A program made the position numbers and the translations under genes. The notes below the pieces were generated by a model, which was given only the letters and a program-made list of their open reading frames with translations, was not told the origin of the DNA and searched no databases. A DNA stretch of 63,992 nt, filler included, from Intoshia linei (taxonomy: Eukaryota > Animalia > Orthonectida), in NCBI GenBank assembly GCA_001642005.1. It is 3 parts of 3 records of this genome, joined end to end, with 100 filler letters (N's around TTAATTAATTAA, not from the genome) between each part and the next. Parts side by side here need not be neighbours in the genome. Positions count along the whole stretch, not along the records: positions 28,844 to 45,942 come from LWCA01000823.1; positions 46,043 to 63,992 come from LWCA01000791.1; 1 more part is not named here. One strand, written 5' to 3'. Positions 39,484-50,861 of this stretch are shown here, in pieces (within the stretch, counting starts at the first letter, position 1; each line of letters opens with the position of its first letter).

Positions 39484-40179
39484 TACATATTTGGATGTGA
39501 TTAGTGATTCAGTCAAGTGCAGTGAGGTATTTCGTAGATAATTTAGATTGTCCGATTCAGATTTTCTAAACATACGGTTATTAATAAAACAAAAATTATG
39601 GTGTAGTAATTAAAATCATGAGCTTTATCACAAATCGAAACCTTACAGTCCAAGAATTTTTAAAAAAAGTATAGTTGATAGTTAATGCTGTTAATATGTA
39701 TAAATAATGTCAATCTCACAAATCGACTCTTTTATAGTTCAAAAACACTTTAATATTTATTTTAGCTAAAGAGTAACATATACAAAAAATATTAAATAAT
39801 TAATAGTTCCAGAATTAAAAAAAAATATTGATGGTTTTTTATGACGATTTTGTAGTGTTGTAACTAAAATTGAATTGTTTTTACGATTATACACTCATAT
39901 TCAATAATCAATCAAGCATCGATAGAGCTAGATGCTGTTTGTACATAGTATATAACATTCAAGCCAGTAAATAAATAAAATTACTGACACAATCAAGTAA
40001 TTATCTTCTACAGTGTATACAGATTTGTTAAATTCACTTCGAAAATCAACTTCTACACGCATGGCTTCACAAATCATCACAGCATCTTGGTTTGAATCAA
40101 ATTCAATTTTAAATTGACTAAAATAATGACTGTCATGCTATTTATATTATTATTTCGATAAAATTTACCTGTGGTGCAT
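39463..40179 (-). CDS. LAGE3: KEOPS/EKC complex subunit Pcc1/LAGE3 homologue, 3 exons (40169-40179, 39989-40117, 39463-39565), 80 aa
   Basis: MHHSQFKIEFDSNQDAVMICEAMRVEVDFRSEFNKSVYTVEDNYLIVKSESDNLNYLRNTSLHLTESLITSKYVLKELRP*. This fits the Pcc1 pattern (I.F....A.I....L..D...V....L.V......LR). Total 243 nt in frame. Confidence 0.78.
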
Positions 40180-41722
40180 TTTGAATGTAAATAAACTTTA
40201 TTTTATTTTAAAACTAAACTTATTGTTTTACTGATTATTAATCATCCATATCCAGAGTAGGGTTAGCAGAATTTGACAATATTACGGCACATTCTTGGGC
40301 AAATTTGAACTTTACTATGGCACATTTTTGGCCAGTTTTCTCGTACATTAATAAACATATCTGTAACAACAACATTTAAAAAATTAAATGAATTATACCA
40401 TAAAATTCAATTGTTTTAAAAAAGTTTTGACATTGACGCATCTAATTATTAACGCATCTTCAAGTTGGTGAAATAGCAAAGTAAATTTGGTGAAATTAAA
40501 CCAAAATTTTACAAAAATTTCGTCGAGGTCCCCGAAAAGGGTTTTGGCGTATTGTAGGTTCGGCACAGCGTATACGAAGGAGGGGTCTTTCGTATTTTAG
40601 AGTCAATAGTTTGAAGATTTTATATAAACTTTATTGAAAAAATAAATATTCTCATAAAACCACCAAATTGAATTATAATTTATTGTTTTTATCGTACTTT
40701 TTATAATGAGCATGGATATTTCGAGTTTAGATAAAGTGTCCAGATTTTATAAGTACTAAATAAGTACTTTTTGAAATGTCTTAGAAACAAACAAAAAAAA
40801 CAATAAAATTTGAATTGAAAGTTCTAACAATTTAAAATATGAAATTTAAATGTTAATTTTATCATATATAGTTCATTTTAATGTTAATGTTAGGTATTTA
40901 TCATTGCAAATTATTTTTTTACATAATTCATTATGATTTTCCAAATGTTGGTAAAAATCAATAAACTCTCTTTACAATTATAACTTTTTTTTTGCCTAAT
41001 TACAAAATAATTAATTTTTATTAATTAATAAATTTGAAGTGATCCAAATTAAACGATATATAGTGTGTTTTTATAAAATATAAATTTATTAAGACTTCAC
41101 TTTATTAAGAAAGTGAAAAATTACAAGTAAAATATTTACTAAAATTATCTATGGTATTTATGGAGTACGTATTTAATACTTATGGACATACTAGTTTAGA
41201 TAGTGCGACAATATTTAAACATAGTTACGGAGACCCTTGCATATGAGTGGATCTGGTTGTTACTTATTTATATTTATGCAATAATGTTTATAAACTTTTC
41301 AATCTATCCGAAATTTGAACGTCGATAAAAACCACAAAAATCGAGCTACAACCAAATTTTAAAAATTGAATTGCATAGTTAAGCGTGGGTGTTAAGACCA
41401 TAAAATATAAACTATGACAAAATTACCACAATGTTGTTTTTGCAAAAAATAAAGTTACATTTAAATTTTTCTGTACGATTTTTAAAAAGATATTTAAAAT
41501 ACTAAGCGCAACTCGAATCGGCATCTTTGCAACACCCCATTCTAGATTATTTTATATATCATTTAAAATAAATCATTTTTTATGGTGTAAGTTTAGGCGC
41601 ATGGATAAAAGAAAATAATTTAATTGTTATTAATTTTAATTTAAAGTTTGACCCCTTAATTTTATTATGTAATGAAAAAACTGATTCATTTTTAAAAATA
41701 CAACTTAAAATATAATAATTAG

Positions 41723-42896
41723 GGTGGAATAACGATTGACACGTCAAGTATGAACTCTGATACAAACAAATAGTTTCGATTTTGACTGTATAGTTGAAGC
41801 TGGAATGAAGAGATCGCATATAAATGATCAGCTTAGGGACACGGGGTTATATTTTTCAATAGGTATAAAATTTATTTATATACAGTAAAAGTATTTTACG
41901 AGTGGAATATTCTTTATTTTTCAATATTCCAAGGGGCTGCGAAAAATGGATATAACCTATTGTAATATGTTTTAAAAATTTTAAGAATCATGATATTTTA
42001 ATTTTTCTAAATTCCCGCATGACAATTCAAAATTACTGTGTAGAATTTAAAATTGAAAAAAAATTTAATATTGTTGTTTTTTAATTTCGGCTTCACAATT
42101 ATAATTGTTTAATTCTCTTTTCTTTCAAATTTTTTGAAACCCTTTACAATGAAGTGTATTTTGTTTGGTTGTGCTAATAATTAGTTTAATCCATTTTAGA
42201 CCCTGGTGCCGATGCTTGTATTGGTGGTATGTGTGGTACTAATGCTTCTGGAACCCATGCTTTAAAATACGGTTCAATGAAAGAAAACGTTTTAAACTTA
42301 CAAGTCGTTCTACCGAATGGTGAAATAATTCATACAGCCGGAAAAAATTTCAGATCAAAGTAAATTATACATTAAATCAGAGTTATCACAATTTTGTGAC
42401 AACTGAATCCTACATTATAATGTTTATTGTGAGTACAATATTGTAAATGTAAATTCAAATTCAAACTAGGTAAATTTTTTAAATATGCTGAAATTAACTT
42501 ATTATGTAATATCAAATATAGAAAACATTCAGCTGGATACAATTTAACTAACTTATTTATCGGAGCGGAAGGCACTCTAGGAATAATAACTCAAGCTACT
42601 CCAAAACTTAACCCTAGACCAGAAAAAGTAAATTGATAAATAAAATATCATGTAAAAATAGAAATTAATTGCTCAATGCAGCTTCAAAACAATCAAAGAT
42701 GCTATTGATGCTTCCACAGCTATAATGATGACAGGTAACAACCCTGCCAGAATAGAATTTAAGGACAATGATCAAGATCAAGTGACTCAAGCGAGTAACA
42801 AGTATCACAAATCAAATATTGACGAATCTAATTTGTTATTATTTGATTTTCACGGAAGCGACACAACTAAGCCAAAATCAAATGTGAAATATATAG
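41723..42896 (+). pseudogene. LDHD: Fragment of mitochondrial D-lactate dehydrogenase (FAD-linked oxidase), 4 internal exons, apparent frameshift
   Basis: Exons 41723-41862 (GGITID...DFDCIVEAG...LRDTGLYFSI), 42200-42359 ([41 protein letters not shown]), 42522-42627 ([21 protein letters not shown]) and 42662-42896 (PARIEF...FDFHGS). Frameshift near 41757-41762. N- and C-terminal exons were not found. Confidence 0.8.
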
Positions 42897-42932
42897 GTAA
42901 AGCTATAATTTTACATATTTACAATTGAAAAA

Positions 42933-44702
42933 TTATTCATATTTTGTTTTTTTATTTTGAGATTCATCATTGGGTTCACTGGCATCATTGGCGGATCTTT
43001 TTTGGAAAATATCGATGGGTTGGGTTGTCTTGTAAGCTGGGGCAATCCATTTGGGGTTTTCTTTAGCTTCTTTGGCATGTTTAAGAATGGCTTCACGAGG
43101 ATTTCGATCTCCAACATCATCATTTTTCAGACAAAGTTGTTGAACAACATATCTAGAAAGTGTTCCACCCTTCTTGGCTAAACGTCCACCAGACCCTGGA
43201 CCATCCACAGGTGGTTCAGGGTGCATAGTTAAAGCTTTATTTTTTCTAGTTTTTTCGTAATTCCTTTTAATACTAGACGCTGATTGTTCTTTAAACAAGG
43301 GGTGTGCAAATGGTGTGTAAACTTTTTGAGAACTGACATAAGCAATAGATTTTTTTTCTTTTGGTTTTTTAGCAATGAAAAGAGTTGCACCATTAATGCT
43401 GATATCGGGATCATAAAATATATTAATTTTTCCATTAGAACAACCCACTAAAATTTGATTTAATCGTGGATGCCATATACATTTTATTGGGACACTTTTA
43501 TTAAACTTTATATTTTGAGTCTCTTCCGCAGTGTCAACATTATACATGAGAACGGTACCGCCACTATCTTTAGCATTAATGGAAGAACACGTTGTAATGT
43601 ATTTATCATTTGGAGAAAAAACACACGATGTCATAGAGTAAATACTTTCCAATTTATCTTTTTGCATTAATGGTAAAAGTAATTTTCTGGTATCCCACAC
43701 TTTTAAGGTACAATCGATACCTCCTCTCGATCCAATAAGTGCATTGTCATAGGAATAGACAACGCTAGTTATAGCCTCCATCCCTGGCAAATGAGCATTT
43801 TTAATTTTACTCACCGGATAAACAAATCGCCTTCTAACATCCCATACCTGAATAGTACCGTCCGTACAAGCAGACATAATTAAATTACCATCTTGAGACA
43901 TGACACATGACATTGGTATGGTTTTGGTTCCATGTGCATTCCTGAATCTAATCAAAGATTTGTGCTTATCACTCATAGTTTCCACATCCCATATCCGAAG
44001 TGTACAATCATTTGATGTTGTAATAAACTCATCTGATTTAATGGGATTCCATACACCACAATTCAACATGGCTACGTGTCCTTTGGTGTTGCCCATGTCC
44101 ATAATGTATTGATCTCCTTTGATACATTCATTGATATCGATGCCTTCTTTAGTCAAAACTTTTGCTTGTGCGCTACCTGGTGCTACCAATATCCTTTCAT
44201 TGTTACAGTCGTAAGCTAATGATCTAATTTGATGAGATTCGCATGGGGTAAATTTTCTATAATTTCTTAGAGATGAATCCATTGTTGTAAAATTCCATAG
44301 AGAAACATCAAAATCAAAAGAACCTATAGCTAGTCTATTTCCAATTGAATCCAATGCCATAGCTGACACGGCCTTTTTACCATGCATAATTGATATCGAA
44401 TTTTTTATAGGAATCATTTTGTAATTTATCGTTTTATTTTGTTTGGCAGGTTTTTGTTCAGTATTATTTATCGGTAGAGGGCCAAAATAATCAGAATCAC
44501 TTTCTGATTCAGATTTTGAAATACACGATTCGTCATCCGAATTTTCGCTAGAGTTTAATGCTAAATTGTTAAAATCTACTTCATCTTCAGAAGATTCATC
44601 CTTTATTTCGTTTTTAAAACATCTTTCTTTCGCTGTCTTTTGAGCTTCCAATAAAATTTCCTCCAAATCAAACTGTTTCGCTTTTTTATCTTCATTCTTC
44701 AT
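42933..44702 (-). CDS. WDR70: WD repeat protein WDR70/GAD-1, uninterrupted ORF
   Basis: KKAKQFDLE; HGKKAVSA; ECIKGDQYIMDMGNTKGHVAML; WHPRLNQILVG; PEPPVDGPGSGGRL; NPREAILKHAKEAKENPKWIAPAYKTTQP. Confidence 0.95.
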   Translation of the reverse strand: MKNEDKKAKQFDLEEILLEAQKTAKERCFKNEIKDESSEDEVDFNNLALNSSENSDDESCISKSESESDSDYFGPLPINNTEQKPAKQNKTINYKMIPIKNSISIMHGKKAVSAMALDSIGNRLAIGSFDFDVSLWNFTTMDSSLRNYRKFTPCESHQIRSLAYDCNNERILVAPGSAQAKVLTKEGIDINECIKGDQYIMDMGNTKGHVAMLNCGVWNPIKSDEFITTSNDCTLRIWDVETMSDKHKSLIRFRNAHGTKTIPMSCVMSQDGNLIMSACTDGTIQVWDVRRRFVYPVSKIKNAHLPGMEAITSVVYSYDNALIGSRGGIDCTLKVWDTRKLLLPLMQKDKLESIYSMTSCVFSPNDKYITTCSSINAKDSGGTVLMYNVDTAEETQNIKFNKSVPIKCIWHPRLNQILVGCSNGKINIFYDPDISINGATLFIAKKPKEKKSIAYVSSQKVYTPFAHPLFKEQSASSIKRNYEKTRKNKALTMHPEPPVDGPGSGGRLAKKGGTLSRYVVQQLCLKNDDVGDRNPREAILKHAKEAKENPKWIAPAYKTTQPIDIFQKRSANDASEPNDESQNKKTKYE

Positions 44703-45628
44703 TTTACAAAAATAATTATCAATAATAAAGTTTGTTGATTATTATCGTTATCGTTATCTTGTTAAGCTACAATCTGCGATATTTATGAAATATTATATAA
44801 AAAATGCTGAGAATCAACTGGAGAGTCCCCAGTGAGGACTGAATTTAGTGAATATTAAACACTATCTGATAATTTACTATCATTAACTTGTCAATTTTGT
44901 ACCATTTTGTAAACTGAATTTACATTTATTTGTACTTTTATTTCATAGAGATTTAAAACTAAAGTTAATATATAATATTCAATGATATATGATCAAAAGT
45001 CCTTCTTTTTTTGATTACTTGAGCGTTAAGGTAGAACCAAACTTATCTTACCTTTTTTAAAAAGGAGTATCAACGAAAAATTTTTAAATTGAGTATTTAA
45101 ACATTCATAAGTAAAAATTAATAATTACTTACATACTTACATAATAAAAATATTTAAAACAATTATATTTTAATATTTATAACTATTTTGTGTCTCAAAT
45201 TTAAACTTACAGTCCAGATTCATGTAGAGATGGTTAGGGCTATATAACAAATTTTTTTCAATGAACATTGTTAATTTCATTGAATGACATGCTTAAAAAT
45301 GTTACTCATTTTCTCTCATATTACGCAAAGATTAAGCTTTGGTTTCAATTGGAGGACTGAGTAACAATTTATTTTTTATAATTTTCTCATATAATCTCAA
45401 AATTAACACACATTTTAGTTGGTTATCACCACTGGATTAGACATGATAGTTTCAATTTGTATTAGGTAACGTATCTGAAAATATAGGATGCTTAATACTT
45501 AATCGGGTGGTATACTAATACTATACGCTCACTGATGGCCTTATTACCAGACGATAATCCTTTTCTTTATACAAAATATTTTTACAAGTGTAACGATTTT
45601 GATAGTATGTTTAGCATTAATAATGATA

Positions 45629-46147
45629 CAGTGTATTTATATTTGTTTTTGCACTTTATTGAAAAATATTATAAAATACATTTATTGTAAACTAAAAACT
45701 AGAATTGAAGAATAACGTTAATAAATAATTTAATTTACAATTTTAGTCCGTAATTTGTTCTAATAAAATTGACCTTCGTATGTACCTTTTCATGTTTCGC
45801 CAATAGCCATCACAATCGCTTTGAGTAATTGTTGAAAAACCGTTTTGGATACTTTCGAAAAGTTGTGCCTCAGTGGTGTTTCTATTTTTACAAACTGATT
45901 CTTTCCATTTACTAAATACGTTCTCTATAGGGTTTAAAAAGGNNNNNNNNNNNNNNNNNNNNNNNNNNNNNNNNNNNNNNNNNNNNTTAATTAATTAANN
46001 NNNNNNNNNNNNNNNNNNNNNNNNNNNNNNNNNNNNNNNNNNTTAAATTATAAATTAAAAGCGACATCTTACATTGTGTACAAAATGGGACATACAATCA
46101 AAAATACTTTTTGAATTTCAAACAAAAATGTTAAAATAAAGACACTC
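45629..46147 (-). mobile_element. IS630-Tc1-mariner element remnant spanning an assembly gap
   Basis: The minus strand at 45744-45942 reads PFLNPIENVFSKWK...ITQSDCDGYWRNM (SPxLNPIE catalytic Glu motif). Imperfect TA-flanked TIRs CAGTGTATTTA / TAAAGACACTC. Confidence 0.7.
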
Positions 46148-46218
46148 TAATGAACATATTAACATGAACATATTAACATTAAAATATAATGTTAATCAAA
46201 TGTTTATATTAAATTTAC

Positions 46219-49200
46219 GTTTGCATGCTCCGTCCCAATATGCACCACATTTAGACATGCCTGCTTTCCAAAACCCATTACAATGAACTATATATTACAT
46301 ATATAATAATACAGTCAAAAATATAAATAACGTGCATAATCAAGATAACGATACAAAATAAATTTTTTTACATTATCTAAATTTGGTTATTTTACACTAA
46401 AAGGATTTTTTAGTTTAACCTAAACTAAAAATGATTTAAACTAATTTTGTATTTAATTTCATCAAAATTTTTTATATTGTATCTAAAATGGATATGTTAC
46501 CTTTTTCACAGTATCCTCGCACCCAAACTCTGTTTTTGCATGATAAACATGATTTATGCGACAATATTTTTTCAGCTTCTATATTACATGGAGTATCTGA
46601 ATAATATAAAATATTAAATACTATCACATCGTATCAAAAAAAATTAAAAAACGAAAGTGATTTATTTTTTATAAATTTTAAGGACTGATACTAAAATTTT
46701 CGCAAAAAATAAAATTGACAGTCAAAATCAGAGATTCTTAACCTTAACGATTTTTTAATAATGGCGATTTATTTTAACAATAAAGTTAGTTTCTAATTCA
46801 TATTATAATTTCCTTAAATATATTTATGAAATGAAACTTCAATTTGTATTAAATTATTGAAACCAACCGATTAAAATGTCTATTTTGAGAAAAAAATCAG
46901 ACAAAAAAATTTTTTTTAGCTTGATGCGCAGTTATTTCTGTAAATTCAAATATAATTTTATTATTAGAAAAAGTAAAAATCAACATAAAAAAGCAAAAAA
47001 TTTGCTAATTTCAAAAATAGGTATTTTTATAATGCTATAATTATATTATATTAAAAAAATTTTGCTAAAAAAATTTGAATAATTATTAGAGTCCGTAATA
47101 AAATTTTTTAGGGGAGATAATCTTTGACAAATAAAATTATTTTTAATCTAGGATGCAATGGTTCAAAAAATATTTGATTGTTACAAATAAATATAATTAC
47201 TTGTGCATTCTCCATTAATCCAATGAAATCCATCACAGAAATTGCACCAATCTTGGTCCATAATACCATAAATATCACAGTGCACAGCTATGAAGTATTA
47301 TTTACAGATTGTAAACTTAACAGTTTTTTAAATCAAAAATTTAAGTAAAAAAGTGTGATAAACTCTAAAAAATATTATATTACCCTTGCAAGTGTGATGT
47401 CGATCAAAAAATCCAATTTTAATATAACTTTGACTAACATATTGTTCACATTGATTTTGTTCACATTCTAGTTTTATAAAATTTTAGATATATCTATAAA
47501 AAAACTTACTGTGACAAGATAAATCGTAATAAAATCCAACACACTTGTAACAACTGTTCCTTATCAATAGATGATGTTTTTTAACGTCTTTGCATACTAA
47601 AATACAGTATATTCTAATCATTTTTATAATAATTAATGTTTTATTTATTTATTTTAACCATAAAAGGGTGGCTCCGTATTTTATAACAAAAAAATCGTAA
47701 TAAATATTTTATCCACACATAAAAATGAACAATGTCAATTTGGTATCATTATTATAGTATTAATAATATGACATTCTTTACTTACTAACTTTTAGCCATA
47801 TAAAAGTATATTTAGCCTTATTTAGCTAACGTAATTAAGCTCAAAATGTATGACATTCTGTTTTTCCATAATAGTGGTTCTCGGCAAATGGGAATTTTAC
47901 CATTTTAAGGGTAAAATTGACATTCAGAAATGAATTTATTAAAAAAATAATACTTCGAGTTCGAAAGATGCAGATGCTCAAAAATAATTTAGGTCAAAGA
48001 TAAATAATTCATAACCTAAACTTGAAGAAAAAGCTGTTATATTCTAAACTAAGATTCTGTTACCATTCGTATCAACATAGTTACAACGTATGTGAATGTG
48101 GATTTTCTACTCTTCTGGACATGAAAAACTTATAACAATACATATTATTTATTTTTTATAAAATTGGGTTATGTTAAAATCTTTTGTAAAACAGACACGT
48201 AGCATTAATGATGTACTTATAGTTATCTTTATCAGATATTTTTAATTATATAAACTAATTGTTATGTATTACATAAGGATATATAAAATGTATATTATAC
48301 ATACGTATACACATTTGTGAATTCCAGACGAATCCTTTGATACAGTAATCTATATTTTGAATAATACACGAGTTGTCATTGTTGCATTTTAAGCAATTAA
48401 ATGGACACCCTAAAAATTATTATTTTTATTTTCGTTATTTCAAGAATAGTCGTTAATATATAATAACACACTGTAGCAAAAGTTTTCATTATTATTCCAA
48501 AAATGACCATATATTTTTGTGACACATTGCTTGCAGTTTGAACGCCCCAATTCGGTGCATTCTATTTAAACTATGAATATATTCATACATACATTATTAA
48601 TTATAGTTTATACTAATTCAACACCATTAAACAGATAAATAGACTTACTATTGCACATATTTTTAAATAACCAGTATCCAGGTTTGCATTTAGTGCAGCC
48701 ATACTTTGAATGGCAAAAATCAACAGCACAATTATAATCGCAATCTATGTGTTAATGTCTTTTAAGATAAAAAATAAATTACATTCGCATGAGAATTCGT
48801 AATTTAGATAATATCCATTAGAACATTTTCTGCAGTCATTTTTCGAAGTACACATTTGGCAATTAGACTTACACTCTAAAAAGTATTGAATTCATCTAGG
48901 GTTTACATTATTCAACTTTTGCAAACCATGCCGTTTAAATAAAATCCAGTTTGACACACTCGACATTTTGAAAATGTATCACAAAGTTTACAGTTTTCTG
49001 TGCACTCTAAATGTAGTTACTTATAACATTTTGCAATATTTATTTCTTACTTAAACAGACTGCATTTTCCTGTATTTTAAAAAACCCTGCTAAGCATTCG
49101 CTACAATCATAACCACTGAGACAAATGTTACAAAATGGCAAACACTCTATACGTATATTATTAGTTTAACTTTATGATGCTTTAAAGATATTTTACTTGT

Positions 49201-49394
49201 GCATTGATTGGTAGGAATCTCATAAAAAGTAGTGGAATTGCATTTATGGCCTTGAAAATTATCAGTAATGACTACAAAATTATTACGTTTGCATATTGAA
49301 TTGGATAATTTATAATCTAGTAGTGTACACTTTGTACATATCAATTTTTCTTTAACACAGTCCAGGCAATTGTCTACTCCGCAATTGATCATGG
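46219..49394 (-). CDS. Cys-rich furin-like/CxxC repeat protein (PCSK5/VSP-like repeats), at least 13 small phase-1 exons; ends uncertain
   Basis: Exons such as ECLPFCNICLSGYDCSECLAGFFKIQENAVCL, ECTENCKLCDTFSKCRVCQTGFYLNGMVCK, ECKSNCQMCTSKNDCRKCSNGYYL, DCDYNCAVDFCHSKYGCTKCKPGYWL and GCPFNCLKC..., separated by GT-AG introns, several of them only ~35-50 nt. Confidence 0.85.
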
Positions 49395-50861
49395 CTTTTA
49401 TAGCAAACAAATATTATAAAATAAAATAATTATATAATGTACCATAAATGTTAGTTTTTAAGACCAAAAAATCTAAAGTATACGTTTAACATAATAATAT
49501 CAGCATAATAAGATATTATATAAAATTTATAATATATGTATTAATCGGATCACATAAGAATACAAAACTAGCTTTTACGCAATCTTTAAAAATTTTAAAT
49601 TAAGAAATTAAATTTTAAATAAAATAATTAAAATGTTTATTAATTTTAATATCTTACATATAACGGAATAAAACTGATTCATTTAACTATAAATTGTATT
49701 CAACTGAAAAAATAAATATTAATGATTAAATTATGATATAATCATGTTTAATAATGTAATTAACATCATATATAAATTAATTAATTCAAAATTACCAAAA
49801 AATCGTATTAACATTAATTAAGTGTAAATCATGATAAATTTAATTTCCTCCCTTTAATAAAATATGTGAATTAATTTCTGAAAAATGACACAAAAATATT
49901 AATTCACAATTGTATTTATGTTCTATAGATTGGTAATACACTAAAGAAAATTTAATGAATTAAGTTTCATACATTTTGTGTATTATTAATCGTAATCTAA
50001 GTACTAGACATTGAATGTTGAATGAATATTGTTCATCAATAAATATTTTTAAAAAGTGTTTACATAAATTTTTCAGGAATAAATATTGATAAATAATAAA
50101 TTCTTTCAGGATCAAAAAAATAAATTTGTAGGTTTGTTTAAAAATAAAATATTCTCGGAAGTGTTTGAAAATCATCAACGTTGCCGTAAATTTTAGCCTC
50201 AGAAACTTACATCTTCATAGTCAAAACCACAAATTACCTATTTTTTTCGAAAATGAAGAAATGGCTAGAATTTTATAAAACAATGTATCTAATCATACTA
50301 TTCACTATTATCAATCATTTAAAGGAGTGGTTCCTAAACTTGTTTCAGGTGGAACCGTCATATCACATTACTTTTTACTTTAAAGTGAATTATTCCATCT
50401 TAATTTTTTTTGTTAACATTTGCGTAAAGAATTTTAAAAACAATTGTTATCTTATTTTTTAATTTATTAGACAAAATGTGTGTATAATATTACAAATAAA
50501 GTAAAAACAGTCCACCTAAAAATTATCATAAATAGCATAAATTCCAGAAAAAACAAAATTATAAAAACCTATTTTGTCATTTTCAATGTGATGATATATT
50601 TATATTTTTGTAAAAAAGTTAACACTCTGGTGTTAATGCGATGGGTTCAAATTAAACCGTATTCTTATTGAACGGTTTTGATAATATTTAAATATATTTA
50701 CACCGTATTTAGTTCGCGATATTTACTGGAACGTTTTAATTCACCCAAATTTTTTTACCTGACTTTATTATAACATTCTAGAATAATCAACATTGATTGT
50801 TTACATTAATTTCGTTATATACTTAACTCTGGCAATAACTGTTCTTGTCGGAATTGGATTA

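Noticed and set aside
42911-44112. Short ORFs overlapping WDR70; similar shadow ORFs at 7546, 23773, 26103-26440, 36596, 39042 and 56471
   Set aside because: They are antisense or alternate-frame shadows of real coding sequence.
44805-44850. Hammerhead-like motif CTGGAGA-GTCC-loop-GGAC-TGAA upstream of WDR70
   Set aside because: The core deviates from CUGANGA/GAAA at two positions and stem I is missing. It is only a short hairpin.
5386-50671. Many 60-90 aa ORFs rich in F/I/K/L/N (e.g. 5386, 5417, 11359, 33754, 49960, 50253, 50480)
   Set aside because: They fall within the Helitron repeat family or are AT-composition artefacts and have no domains.
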